56,550 nucleotides of DNA from a virus (IMGVR_UViG_3300036804_000025:1-56550), one strand, 5' to 3'. Numbered from the stretch's first letter, positions 17,141 to 27,149 are shown. The notes: generated by a model not told the origin, from the letters alone. Translations and numbers: made by a program.

Positions 17141-17796
17141 GGAAGACCGTTGCTGCTGCCACGGTCGGCATCATGGCCGTAGCTGCGGTCCCTACCACCT
17201 TCGAGAAGCCGGAAAAGCCGGATCCGACCCCCGCCGCACAGACTCTCGACCTGGGGCTGACCTCCCCGGCCTCCGTCGAGGCCCTGGAGGACCAGGCGGA
17301 GGCCGTCAGAGAGCAGGAACGGCAGGCCCGTGAATACGAGGCCGCTATGAAGGCTTCCAAGGAAGCCCACAGGAAGGCCGTAGAAGCCCGTAAGGAAGCT
17401 GAGAGGTCTCGGAGTGCCAAGAGGACACCGAAAGCGCCGCAGAAGACCGTACAACCGCCTTCCCAGTCCTCCTATGGCAACAATCTAGACGGCTGGATCC
17501 GAGAAGCACTCTCAATCATGGCCAAACATGGGATTCCAGGCAGTTACAACGGCCTCTATCGCAACATCATGAGGGAATCCGGCGGGAACCCTCACGCTAT
17601 TAACCTCACAGACTCGAATGCAGCCAAGGGGACGCCCTCTAAGGGACTCCTTCAGGCCATAGATCCCACTTTCCGGGCCTACCACGTAGGCGGAACGTCT
17701 TGGGACATCTATGACCCTGTAGCAAACATCGTCGCCTGTGCCAACTATGCGGCCCATACCTATGGGTCTATCGACAACGTGAATGGGGCTTACTGA
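17137..17796 (+). CDS. Secreted SLT-domain lytic transglycosylase
   Basis: N-terminal signal-like segment, coiled coil, IMRESGGNP.AIN..DSNA.KGTPSKGLLQ.IDPTF...DPVANI. Confidence 0.88.
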   Translation: MRKTVAAATVGIMAVAAVPTTFEKPEKPDPTPAAQTLDLGLTSPASVEALEDQAEAVREQERQAREYEAAMKASKEAHRKAVEARKEAERSRSAKRTPKAPQKTVQPPSQSSYGNNLDGWIREALSIMAKHGIPGSYNGLYRNIMRESGGNPHAINLTDSNAAKGTPSKGLLQAIDPTFRAYHVGGTSWDIYDPVANIVACANYAAHTYGSIDNVNGAY

Positions 17797-17999
17797 TGAA
17801 CGAGAACATTGACGACTTCCTGAACTCCATCGGCGTGGACGCCGTGAAGATTCAGCTTGACGAGTCCACCAAGCTTGCCGGACAGGTCATTGACGCGGCT
17901 GGTGACATCAAGGATCGGGCTATTAGCGTCGGCCTCTCTCACGAGCTGGCAGAGGAGATGGCCGGGGCCTTCTTCGGTAAGGTTCTGTTTGGCGAGTAA
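17796..17999 (+). CDS. Hypothetical protein
   Basis: Coupled to previous stop. Confidence 0.75.
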   Translation: MNENIDDFLNSIGVDAVKIQLDESTKLAGQVIDAAGDIKDRAISVGLSHELAEEMAGAFFGKVLFGE

Positions 18000-18092
18000 C
18001 TTGACTCGTGGGGATCGGTAAGTCATACTGAAGATGTGGGGCCTTCGGGCCCCTCTCTTCCGACCTGAAACTTTACTCGTGGGGAGAATGGG

Positions 18093-19901
18093 TTGATCAG
18101 CTTCTGTCCAGCACGGAAGGTGGCCGGTGATGCGGTAACCATTCACGTTCTGGAGGATGCGAACGACATACCGGAATTCGTCAAGTGGATCCGGTCTTAC
18201 AAACACTTCGGTCTTGATACCGAGACCACTGGTCTTGACTACTGGTCAGAAGACTTCCGCCTTCGCCTGGTCCAGTTCGGCACTAAGGACACGGCCTACG
18301 TTGTCCCCGTAGAGGTCTCCGAAGACCTTTGGGACGCGGCGATAGGCGCTATCCGGGACATCTACCGTCGTGGTGGGAAGCTCGCTCTCCAGAACGCCAC
18401 CTATGACCTCCTGGTTCTGGACGCTAAGACAGAGCTTCGGATGGAGGACATTTGGCCTGCGGTAGTCGATTCCAAGATCCTGGGGCATCTGGTCGATAGT
18501 CGGGCCTACAAGGAAGGTGGCACTGGGCATAGCTTGGAAGACCTTACGCGGGCATACATTGACGGTGAGGTTGCCACAAAGATCAAGGGCTCCATGACGG
18601 AGCTTGCTAAGTCGATGAAGACCACTAAGGGTGAGGTCTTTAAGAACATCGACACTTGGCACCCCGGCTATCTGCTCTATTCGGGGCTCGACCCCGTCTT
18701 GTCGTTCCGACTGGCTAAGCGGCTTGGGCCTCTCGTCCCGAAGACGGCACAGAAGCTCATACGGTTTGAACACAAGGTCGCCGAGATCTGCTCTTACATG
18801 AGCCGTCGCGGTGTTCGCCTTGATGTCGAGTACACGAAGGCCCTCATTCAGAAGCTCTTCGCTGATGAGCTTGAGTGGACGGCCATTGCTCGTGAACTGG
18901 GCTGTGGTAACCCGTGGGCGACTGAGCAGGCAGCAGACGCGTTTGAGGCTCGTGGAGTGGTCATCAAGGGCCGCACGCCGAGTGGTAAGCGCAAGGTGGA
19001 CAAGGTCTTCTTGGAAGAGAGGATCAAGGAGGGTGACCTTCTAGCTAAGGCGATTGAGCAAGCTAAGTCGGCCCGCAAGAAGCGGACCACATGGCTTGAA
19101 GGCTTCTTGGCTGCTGTAGACAGCAAGGGATACATCCACCCGTGGATACATTCCATAGCCGCCAGGACAGCCCGGATGTCTATTACTGGTATCCCGGCTC
19201 AAACGTTGCCCGCTGGGGATCCTGAGATCCGGCATTGCTTCCTTGCCGACCCTGGCCATGTGATGCTCTCGACTGACTACAGCAACATGGAGCTTCGGTT
19301 CCTTGCGGCTCATAGCCAGGATAAGACGATGCTTACGGCATTCCGGAATGGTGATGATCTTCACCAGATTACGGCTGATGCTGCTGGTGTCTCTCGTAAG
19401 GCCGGTAAGGGTACTAACTTCACGGTGGTCTTTGGTGGGGGATGGAAGGCCGTTCACGAACAGAACGGTGTCTCTCCCGAGGATGCTAAGAAGGCTGTGG
19501 AGGCGTTCTGGAAGACCTATCCAGGGGTTAAGAAGCTCTCGGATAAGTTGATCAAGGATGCTCGGATGCTCGGGTATGTGGTCACTGCTTCCGGTCGTCG
19601 CCTTTACGTGGACAAGGACCGTTCGTACTCTGCCCTGAACTACTTCATCCAGTCTGGCTCTCGGGATATCACTTGTCGGGCACTTGTCCGCCTCTTTGAG
19701 GCAGGCTTTATGCCTTACATGTTGCTCCCTATCCATGACGAAATTCTCTTCACGGTTCCTCGCCAGTTCGCGGAGCGTGGAGCGAACCTGACGGCAAAGC
19801 TGATGGCAGAGACCATCAAGGGCTTGGAGATCCCGACTGACCCTGAGTTCGCTCAGGAGTCGTGGGGGAGTCTCCTTGAAGACACAAACAGTAAGCACTA
19901 A
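18093..19901 (+). CDS. polA: DNA polymerase I (family A) with 3'-5' exonuclease
   Basis: LDTETTGL, ARTARMS, DYSNMELR, K..NF..VFG, IHDE. Confidence 0.95.
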   Translation: MISFCPARKVAGDAVTIHVLEDANDIPEFVKWIRSYKHFGLDTETTGLDYWSEDFRLRLVQFGTKDTAYVVPVEVSEDLWDAAIGAIRDIYRRGGKLALQNATYDLLVLDAKTELRMEDIWPAVVDSKILGHLVDSRAYKEGGTGHSLEDLTRAYIDGEVATKIKGSMTELAKSMKTTKGEVFKNIDTWHPGYLLYSGLDPVLSFRLAKRLGPLVPKTAQKLIRFEHKVAEICSYMSRRGVRLDVEYTKALIQKLFADELEWTAIARELGCGNPWATEQAADAFEARGVVIKGRTPSGKRKVDKVFLEERIKEGDLLAKAIEQAKSARKKRTTWLEGFLAAVDSKGYIHPWIHSIAARTARMSITGIPAQTLPAGDPEIRHCFLADPGHVMLSTDYSNMELRFLAAHSQDKTMLTAFRNGDDLHQITADAAGVSRKAGKGTNFTVVFGGGWKAVHEQNGVSPEDAKKAVEAFWKTYPGVKKLSDKLIKDARMLGYVVTASGRRLYVDKDRSYSALNYFIQSGSRDITCRALVRLFEAGFMPYMLLPIHDEILFTVPRQFAERGANLTAKLMAETIKGLEIPTDPEFAQESWGSLLEDTNSKH

Positions 19902-19914
19902 GGAAGGTAACTAA

Positions 19915-20610
19915 GTGGGTATCGAGTTCCGGTCGGACATGCGCGTTGAGCTTATCGATTCGATGGGCGGTGACCATTCGATCGTCCGGGCCGCTCGGGT
20001 CTCCTCTGGTTCGGAGGCTGGCAACGAGAAGCGGGATAAGGGTTTGGTCAACATGCTCATGCGTGACCGACACGGCAGCCCCTTCGAGGCCGTCACGATG
20101 CAATTCTTCGTGGAAGTGCCGATCTTCGTTGCACGCGAGTGGTTCCGGCATCGGATGAGTTCCTTCAACGAGACTTCCGGCCGGTACAAGGTGTTGGAGC
20201 CTGTCTTCTACATTCCGAGCGAGGAGCGACCCCTTCGTCAGATTGGTAAGCCTGGGGCGTACACGTTCGAGCCTGGCGACTATCAGCAGGTACTCACGGC
20301 CAAGTCTGCCGGTATCCGGACCGCTAGGGCGGCCTGGGAGGAATACCAGCACCAGCTTGACGCCGGAGTTGCCCGAGAAGTGGCACGGAATGTGCTTCCG
20401 CTCTCCATCTACACGTCTTTCTACTGGACCGTGAACCTTCGCTCGGTGATGAACTTCCTGTCTCTCCGACATGTCACCGAGGACACCACGGTTCCGACCT
20501 TCCCCCTGTACGAGATCGATCAGGCCGCAGCCCTTATCGAGGACCACGCACACCGTGTGGCCCCGGAATCCATGGCGGCCTTCAACAAGAATGGGCGGGT
20601 TGCTCCGTGA
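19915..20610 (+). CDS. thyX: Flavin-dependent thymidylate synthase
   Basis: HGSPFE, REWFRHR.SSFNETSGRY, AREVAR.VLP. Confidence 0.95.
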   Translation: MGIEFRSDMRVELIDSMGGDHSIVRAARVSSGSEAGNEKRDKGLVNMLMRDRHGSPFEAVTMQFFVEVPIFVAREWFRHRMSSFNETSGRYKVLEPVFYIPSEERPLRQIGKPGAYTFEPGDYQQVLTAKSAGIRTARAAWEEYQHQLDAGVAREVARNVLPLSIYTSFYWTVNLRSVMNFLSLRHVTEDTTVPTFPLYEIDQAAALIEDHAHRVAPESMAAFNKNGRVAP

Positions 20611-20771
20611 TTAAGACCGAAATCACTCTTCGCTCTGAGAACAACAAGTTCAAGGTGAGTGATCTGATCAAGTTCACCGAGAAGCTGAAGGCCCTGTATC
20701 CGATGGATCAGGAGTACTTCTACGTAGAGCTTACTCACGACTCACTTACCGCCTATGACGAAGAGGAGTAG
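20607..20771 (+). CDS. Hypothetical protein (54 aa)
   Basis: GTGA overlap; hand-translated ORF. Confidence 0.65.
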   Translation: MIKTEITLRSENNKFKVSDLIKFTEKLKALYPMDQEYFYVELTHDSLTAYDEEE

Positions 20772-20778
20772 TCAGTAA

Positions 20779-20859
20779 GTGATCGGCTGGGTTGAAGACG
20801 AAGACGACTGCCTGTTCTGTGGTGGCCGACGCTGTATCGATGATGAGGAGCAAGAGTGA
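20779..20859 (+). CDS. Small hypothetical protein (26 aa, CxxC)
   Basis: GAGGAG RBS; GTGA overlap into next gene. Confidence 0.5.
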   Translation: MIGWVEDEDDCLFCGGRRCIDDEEQE

Positions 20860-21053
20860 GTAACCCCTTCGAGTCTCTTACCCATGAGCAGGTCTCTGTT
20901 CTGTGGGATATGCGGGACTACTGGGCCGATAAGGACCGGCATGGAGAGCTGGAGCGGGAGTACAACTACGACGAAGACCAGATAAAGGCTTTCTGGGATC
21001 TCGGTTCCCTCATCGACGCCGAAGCTAAGAAGCGAAGGATCATCTACTGCTAA
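20856..21053 (+). CDS. Hypothetical protein
   Basis: GAGGAG RBS; coupled. Confidence 0.75.
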   Translation: MSNPFESLTHEQVSVLWDMRDYWADKDRHGELEREYNYDEDQIKAFWDLGSLIDAEAKKRRIIYC

Positions 21054-21448
21054 TGCGTCCCGACTTTGACACCTACTACCTTGCGGGGGCTGAGTGGGCT
21101 GCCACTCGTGCCGACTGCACCCGTGCTCAGGTTGGTGCCCTGCTGGTCTCTCGGGACCACAGGGTGACCCCCGGCTATAACGGCCTGCCGTCCGGCATCC
21201 CTGGGTGTGCCTCCGCAGGGAACTGCCCTCGTGGCCGTCTGACGACCGAAGAGTGTGCGCGCGACTCCAACTACGCGAACTGTGCCGCCAGGCACGCAGA
21301 GGACAACGCAATCACCAGGGCGAGGCCGGAAGACCTCCCCGGAGCCACGCTGTACGTCACGCGTGCTCCCTGCCCTTCCTGCCAGACGCTCATCAAGGCT
21401 GCTGGCATTGCCCGTGTAGTGACTCCGGGGGGTGACTTCGATGTCTGA
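21053..21448 (+). CDS. dCMP deaminase
   Basis: C.R.QVGA, GYNG, HAEDNAI, PCPSC. Confidence 0.92.
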   Translation: MRPDFDTYYLAGAEWAATRADCTRAQVGALLVSRDHRVTPGYNGLPSGIPGCASAGNCPRGRLTTEECARDSNYANCAARHAEDNAITRARPEDLPGATLYVTRAPCPSCQTLIKAAGIARVVTPGGDFDV

Positions 21449-21590
21449 CCCCATCCAAGACCTGATGCGGCTCCTGGAGGAGCTTTCACCCCCGAAGCTC
21501 TGTGCCGACTGTGAACGTCGGCTCAAAGAGGCCGGGATCGAATCCGTGACTTACAAGAAGATCGACTCCACCAAGGGAGAGCTGCTGTGA
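21441..21590 (+). CDS. Hypothetical protein (49 aa, CxxC)
   Basis: Overlaps neighbours at both ends. Confidence 0.55.
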   Translation: MSDPIQDLMRLLEELSPPKLCADCERRLKEAGIESVTYKKIDSTKGELL

Positions 21591-21769
21591 CTGTCATGCC
21601 GGACGCGTACTACGAGGTTGAGCACGCCCGCGACATTGCTGGATGCCAGGGCTGCGGTTGCCTGTACGACGTCAACGACGTGCAGGAAGAGGAGCTGCGA
21701 GACGGCTCGTTCCTGATGCTCTGCGGGGACTGCTGGGAGGACTTCTACGAGGCCGGGCAGTTGGTTTAG
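21587..21769 (+). CDS. Small Cys-rich hypothetical protein
   Basis: CQGC...CGDC; RBS AAGGGAG. Confidence 0.7.
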   Translation: MTVMPDAYYEVEHARDIAGCQGCGCLYDVNDVQEEELRDGSFLMLCGDCWEDFYEAGQLV

Positions 21770-21987
21770 TTTCCTCGGAAACTTGACTTATGGGGGGTCT
21801 GGTCGGGGGTGGTATCATCCGGCCAAGCTTTCCTGATGGCGAGGATCGCTGGAAGTGGGGACATGGCTGCGGCATGGTCGGCTCTCGTGGGCCGCAGCGG
21901 TGTCCCCTCCTTCTTGCCCTGAATCTTGACCCGTGGGTGTCGGTACCTCTAGGTAGGGTTGGCGTAAATAACGATCTTGGAGGGGTA

Positions 21988-22428
21988 ATGGGCCGTTTCT
22001 ACTCTGGAGTGAGTCTCAGTAAGTCGGGACTCCGGCCGTACGCCGGGTACCGGCTGGGCGGTCGTGGGAGTGGCCTGGGATACCGCCCAGGGGGCTCCGC
22101 TGCCGACGATCCTGTGTTCCAGGTGGCCCTAGCCCTGGCCGCCTTCGGCGGGCTCGTGTGGACCCTCATAGACCCGCTCTTCGGGGGAGGGTTCGTGGCC
22201 TGGCTCGGCTCCTGGGCCGTCTCCTCGATGATCATCCTGTTGGGCATGGCTCTCCTGATGTTGGGCCTGGCCCTGGCAATCCTCCTGGCGATCCCGTTCA
22301 CCATCTGGGTAGCCGTTACCCACACCATCTGGCTTTGGTGGGTCATACCGGCCGTCGTCGTCCTCCTGGGCGGTATCGGCTGGCTGGCTAGCAAGTGGGA
22401 CGAGGCGGAAGACCGCTACCAAGACTAG
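21988..22428 (+). CDS. Multi-pass membrane protein
   Basis: GGAGGGG RBS before ATG 21988; several hydrophobic segments. Confidence 0.75.
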   Translation: MGRFYSGVSLSKSGLRPYAGYRLGGRGSGLGYRPGGSAADDPVFQVALALAAFGGLVWTLIDPLFGGGFVAWLGSWAVSSMIILLGMALLMLGLALAILLAIPFTIWVAVTHTIWLWWVIPAVVVLLGGIGWLASKWDEAEDRYQD

Positions 22429-22469
22429 CGACGTTGACACGTGGGGAATGTGTGGCCTAGGCTGCCTGT

Positions 22470-22682
22470 ATGGCAATCAACAAGGTGCGAGCCACTGAGC
22501 TGGTTCGCGGGGACATCATCACTCTTCGGGACGGCAGGAGGGTGCAACTGGAAACTGATCCGGCACCATCCCCCAAGGGAAGGGTGGTCAATGTGACCCT
22601 GTGGGAGATAGGGACGGATAACCCGAACTTCTCGTTCACGCTCTACACGAACACCCTGTACGAAGCTGAAGACGGCTTCTAG
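22470..22682 (+). CDS. Hypothetical protein, leaderless from TTGACA-18-TAGGCT promoter
   Basis: -10 hexamer 6 nt before ATG; operator variant at 22433. Confidence 0.75.
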   Translation: MAINKVRATELVRGDIITLRDGRRVQLETDPAPSPKGRVVNVTLWEIGTDNPNFSFTLYTNTLYEAEDGF

Positions 22683-22689
22683 CCTGAAA

Positions 22690-22719
22690 GCCCCCGCTTC
22701 ACGGCGGGGGCCCTCTTTT
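22690..22719 (+). terminator. Intrinsic terminator
   Basis: GCCCCCGC-ttcacg-GCGGGGGC...TTTT. Confidence 0.65.
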
Positions 22720-22837
22720 GATCTAAAACTTGACTCGTGGGAAGTGATGTACAGATGGAGATCCGCGAGGTACGCGTGTACAGGGTCTCGCCGGACGGCT
22801 CCAAAGAGCTGGTCCGAGTGACGGCCGCATAGAGAAG

Positions 22838-22872
22838 AAGCCCCCCGGCGAAAGCCGGGGGGGCCTTTTTTT
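22838..22872. terminator. Bidirectional terminator between replication operon and integrase
   Basis: GCCCCCCGGC-GAAA-GCCGGGGGG(G)C-T7. Confidence 0.8.
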
Positions 22873-24508
22873 ATATCTTCTTCAGCTCAAAGAAGTCTTG
22901 CTTGTGAACAAGCCTATCCTTGATGTCGTCCGGTACGTTCAGTTCCGCATAGCCTTCATGGATCACGAAGGTGATACCCCCGCGTCGAAGGTCTTCTTCA
23001 ATCTGATCGTCACCCTTGTCTTCCCAGTGAGACCTATACGTCACTCCCTTGGAAACGTATGTCCACCTATCCTTTGTGCTCTCCGGATCGATCTCTGACA
23101 GTTGCCTGCCGAGTGAGGCTAGGGTTTCCTTCGCGTTGTCCCGCATATAGCCAGCGGCTGAGTACATCCCACCCGGCTCTAGCTCTTCCATGTAGTGGGA
23201 GATCCGCTTCTCAAGATCCAGCTTCTTGGCTAGGTTGTCCGAACCCCTTGCGTACTCTCGGTGCACCACTTCGTAGTCACCAAGCTCCTCAAAGGCTGCG
23301 TCCCTAAGCATCGTGTACACCTTCTGGGGCGGCCTTACCGTAGGCATCCCGCAAGAGCCGCCATCCTGATATGAGGCGCACCTTAGCTTGTGGGTCACTG
23401 TCTTTGACTTGTCCTTCTTCGTGTACTGAGAGGTTGTGTCGTACCAGTTCCTACCGCACTTCCCGCACTTGATGACATCGAGGTACTGAGTCCTCTTGTT
23501 CATCTGCTTCTTGCCCTTGTTGGCGCGGGCCTTAAGGATGCCCTGGATCTCGTCAAACTGTTCCGGAGTGAAGATGCCCTTCGCAAGCACGATGGGGCTT
23601 CCGTCGGTGTCATAGGAGATGTGCGGGGATTCGCCTTGCTTGTGGTTCTTCCCTCGGTAGACCCTGTAGCCCATAAGGGCGGGGTTGATGAGGATGACCT
23701 TAAGGTTCCCGGATGTCCACTCACCCTTGTTGGGCGGAAGGAAGTCTGTCCTGTTCAGGATCTTGCATATCCGGTACAGGGAGTACCCGCGCTTCAGCAT
23801 CCGGTAGACCCAATGCAGTACCCGTGCCTTTACCGGGTCTACTACTAGCTGCCGATTGCCGTTCTCGTCCTTATCTGTGGTGTAGCCGTAGACAGGCTTA
23901 CCAATGACCCATCGGGTAGCCGTACGGGCAAAGGTCCACAGGGACTCGACTCGTACCCCGGTATTGGCGGCCTCGATACGGGCCATGCCCGCGATGATGG
24001 TGACTAGGAACTGTCCGAACTCTGTAGACAGGTCGATCGGGTCCATCTTGGCTGCAAGAGTCTTCTCGTACTCCTTACACCACTCGATCATCAGGTGAAG
24101 GTCAGAGACTCGGCGTACGAACCTGTCGAGCTTCCAGAACAAGATCTCATCGAACTCGGGGGACCTGTTGTTGATCCAGTCCCCGAGCTGGGGACGGGCC
24201 CACGGCGGCACCTTGGTAGCTGATACGCCAAGGTCACGGGCCACCCCGGCTACGCGGGATTCCCTCTCTATCGCCAGACGGTAAAGGTCGAGTTCCTGGC
24301 GTACCGGGCTGGTGGTCTCCTCCGTGAGGACAGACAGGCGTATGGAGAGCAGTACGCGCTTGGCCGTCACCGGTAGCTGAGACTCGCGGGCCTGGAGGCC
24401 CCGCAGCTCTTGAAGCTCCGTGTCGGTCCATCCGAGGTCTCGAAGGGTCTCGTCGGCCCAGGGGTCGGCGGGCATGGGTGTGTCCAGGGTGGTTGCTGTA
24501 CGGGGCAT
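22871..24508 (-). CDS. int: Large serine integrase
   Basis: IRLS catalytic motif, DLGVSAT, KLDRFVR, recombinase domain (YGY, NPALMG), Zn ribbon CGKCG...C...C. Confidence 0.93.
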   Translation of the reverse strand: MPRTATTLDTPMPADPWADETLRDLGWTDTELQELRGLQARESQLPVTAKRVLLSIRLSVLTEETTSPVRQELDLYRLAIERESRVAGVARDLGVSATKVPPWARPQLGDWINNRSPEFDEILFWKLDRFVRRVSDLHLMIEWCKEYEKTLAAKMDPIDLSTEFGQFLVTIIAGMARIEAANTGVRVESLWTFARTATRWVIGKPVYGYTTDKDENGNRQLVVDPVKARVLHWVYRMLKRGYSLYRICKILNRTDFLPPNKGEWTSGNLKVILINPALMGYRVYRGKNHKQGESPHISYDTDGSPIVLAKGIFTPEQFDEIQGILKARANKGKKQMNKRTQYLDVIKCGKCGRNWYDTTSQYTKKDKSKTVTHKLRCASYQDGGSCGMPTVRPPQKVYTMLRDAAFEELGDYEVVHREYARGSDNLAKKLDLEKRISHYMEELEPGGMYSAAGYMRDNAKETLASLGRQLSEIDPESTKDRWTYVSKGVTYRSHWEDKGDDQIEEDLRRGGITFVIHEGYAELNVPDDIKDRLVHKQDFFELKKI

Positions 24509-24530
24509 GGATCCAGGTTAACCCAACCGG

Positions 24531-24572
24531 GGTAACTAGTTCGTTTCTCGGTCTACAACTACATCCGTTACC
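24531..24572. other. Candidate attP (imperfect inverted repeat upstream of int)
   Basis: GGTAAC-TAGTT...AACTA-catcc-GTTACC; position typical of serine integrase attP. Confidence 0.35.
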
Positions 24573-24648
24573 AGGAAGGGAAGCGGTACGACGCGGAGCG
24601 GGGCGACAAGTGACGCACCAGCCCTCACCTGCGGAAACGCCGGAACAG

Positions 24649-24810
24649 ATGGCGAAACTGGCCATGAACCTGTCTTCGGAAGATCGACAAAAATTCCTGG
24701 CCTACCTCGGGCAGGACGAGCGCCCGGCGAGGCGTAGACGGCCCTCGCCAGCAGCCCCCAGGAGCGAGCCGACCACCTACCGGACGCGCCGGATCGAGCT
24801 TCCTTGGTGA
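24649..24810 (+). CDS. Small hypothetical protein divergent from int (start uncertain)
   Basis: 3' part of ORF 24478..24810. Confidence 0.5.
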   Translation: MAKLAMNLSSEDRQKFLAYLGQDERPARRRRPSPAAPRSEPTTYRTRRIELPW

Positions 24811-24898
24811 GACTCCCTGTGCCCGGACGGGTTCAGAACGTACCCACTTACCCGTAAGTTAGTTCAGTAAGTTTGGTTCTCTCCCTGGGAGGTTTGAC

Positions 24899-25099
24899 AT
24901 GCCCAAGCCGCTGTCCTTCACCGGTACGCGTGAAGAGGTCATCGCAGAACTGGAGGAGCGTGCCGAGGACAACTGGCACATGGCCAGGGACCGACAGTCA
25001 GGCGAGTGCGTGAAAGCTGCCGACGCCGTGAAGGACGGAGCACGTGTGGTGGACGCTGTACAGACCACCTTCCGAGTGGAAGACAACCCGGCAGGCTAG
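24899..25099 (+). CDS. Hypothetical protein
   Basis: GGGAGGT RBS; motif B upstream. Confidence 0.75.
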   Translation: MPKPLSFTGTREEVIAELEERAEDNWHMARDRQSGECVKAADAVKDGARVVDAVQTTFRVEDNPAG

Positions 25100-25280
25100 G
25101 TGTAGCTTGGGGTCACCTCAAACGGACAGCGGGTGACCCCCTCGCCTGCCTACGCGGTAAGGACACACAACAGAATGAATCCGCAAGCGGACACGGTTTC
25201 GGCCGTGAGAAGGTCGCTTGACTTGATCAGCTCCCATTGCTGTGAGTCGAGTGACGACTACCAGGGATCGGGAGCTGTAT

Positions 25281-25490
25281 ATGTCTAAGGCTCCTACTGA
25301 GACCACCTGGGAATACCCGACCTATGTGGCCCGATCCCCTGAGTGCGTGATCTGCAATAACCCGATCAAACCTCTACAGCCTGCACGGAGGGGATTCAAA
25401 GGCAATCCCCCTAACCCCCCGGTAATCGTCTATCGCCACACCGATCCTCTCCAGTGCAAGAAGACCTCTGGAGAAGACAATGGTAAGTAG
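25281..25490 (+). CDS. Small Zn-binding hypothetical protein
   Basis: CVIC...H....C; RBS GGGAG. Confidence 0.65.
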   Translation: MSKAPTETTWEYPTYVARSPECVICNNPIKPLQPARRGFKGNPPNPPVIVYRHTDPLQCKKTSGEDNGK

Positions 25491-25731
25491 CGATGATATC
25501 GGGCGGGTAGTAGAGGACCGCCAGGGAAGGGTTGGAGTCCTTCGCGATGTAATGAAGGACTGGGAAGACCCGGCAGTCCTGAAAGAGAATCGCGCAAAGC
25601 GACACGTAGCCTTCATCGGCCGGAAGTATGGTGGTGGTCGAGAATGGATCGTAGATATCGACCAAGTCACTCTCACGTCAGAGACTGTCCGGCCTAGTGA
25701 GGCAGCACCCTACATCTCCCCCTTCGCTTAG
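25480..25731 (+). CDS. Hypothetical SH3-like protein
   Basis: GGAGA RBS; followed by terminator at 25760-25785. Confidence 0.7.
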   Translation: MVSSDDIGRVVEDRQGRVGVLRDVMKDWEDPAVLKENRAKRHVAFIGRKYGGGREWIVDIDQVTLTSETVRPSEAAPYISPFA

Positions 25732-27117
25732 ACGGGGATCCTAGGCTAGGAAACCAGTAGGCCCCCTCTCCAAGGAGGGGGCTTTACTCATGTCCAGGAC
25801 CAGGCTACTAACCGGGGTATATATATTAACCCCTACATACTATAGGTGGGGCCCGCACTAAGGGTCTTTGTCTCTATAGAGTGGTCAGGATCACACTAGT
25901 ACCTGTAAGCCACCACAGGTCTACATGGCGCTACCTCCCCTAGAGGGTCGAGAAAGGCGCTGTACGGCTTTCTGACGGCCAAACCCCCTTCCCTTGGTAT
26001 CTCTGGGCTCCAGGGGGTCTGAGAGAGCCTTAGAAGAGCACACAGAGAGTTGACCTAGGTAGGCCGGATGTGATAGGGGGTTAGTTCTGTGACGCACCCC
26101 ACAAGAAACCCCTCAAACGTACGTTATCGGAGAGCCACGCTCCGCCGGTTCTCTATACACATGCCTTAACCTTGTTACCCCAGGGGTGTATTTGATTGAT
26201 TACGAAGGGTAATAACCTAGGCCCTTGACCCATTCTGATCTGAGCCTACTGAGCTTACTTAATTAACTATCCTGGGGTTAGTTAGGTTAATTCAGTTGTC
26301 GCCCCAGGGAGGGTCATAAGTAATTCACTTGTGGCCACAGATAGGCACTCGATAAGTAGCTGAGTTGTCGTCTGGAATGGCTCTAGAAAGCCTCTCGGGT
26401 AACCGTGGATAGGCACTCTGGATAGCGTCTCTATATAGGCGTATTCACTAGGCATATGCCTTGCATAGCTCCATACATACGCATGGCTTGACTATGTGAC
26501 TATCCATATGGTATGCGCCCATAGCTACACTCAGTGAATCTACATAGCTTTGTGCTAGTGCTCATATGAGCCTATGGGCTATCGAATGTGCATTGACAAA
26601 GAGTGTTTGTGTGAACACAGATGGTGACTGCTCAGATGGGAAAGGTTGGCTGCGAGTGAGCAGCAACCGAGAGTGATCGAAAAGAGAGTTTCTGATTGTG
26701 TGTCATGTGTGATGTGTGTGGTGCACACACAGTCATATATGCAGGTGAGCATAGGTGTATCTGATGGGGCCTTATGTACACAGGGCCTTATCTGATTCCC
26801 TGTCATATGTCACTCTGAGTACAGATTGGCGCCTAATGGCCTACTAGAGAGGGGCCTTATAGAGGGGGCCTTATACCTAGAGATAGGCCCTTAGAGAGGC
26901 ATACAGAGGCTTTTGGTACTACTCACAGGTATGTGATACATGCGCGTATGCGCGCCTTCCTTATGCACATAGGGAGCCCATAGAGAGCACTAGATAGGCC
27001 CATAAGCATCAACCCAAAGTAGTTGAAGAAACTCGCTTAGTAATCATTGCAGGTCAGAGACTTGTCTTTTGACAGTGGACACATAAAACCGCAGGTCAGA
27101 GCCTTGTAGGGGCTTAT

Positions 27118-27146
27118 TTGATTCGTGGGGAGAGTCTGCGTAATGT
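27118..27146 (+). promoter_or_regulatory. Early promoter TTGATT-17-TAATGT overlapped by operator variant
   Basis: TTGATT cgtggggagagtctgcg TAATGT; heads the early region. Confidence 0.7.
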
Positions 27147-27149
27147 TCT

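Noticed and set aside
7387-22742. Repeats as a CRISPR array, given the Cas4-like gene
   Set aside because: Copies are 14 bp and dispersed with no regular spacers; solo Cas4/RecB nucleases are normal in these phages
26579-26806. 75-aa minus ORF in the non-coding gap
   Set aside because: No RBS, atypical composition, low-complexity TG repeats
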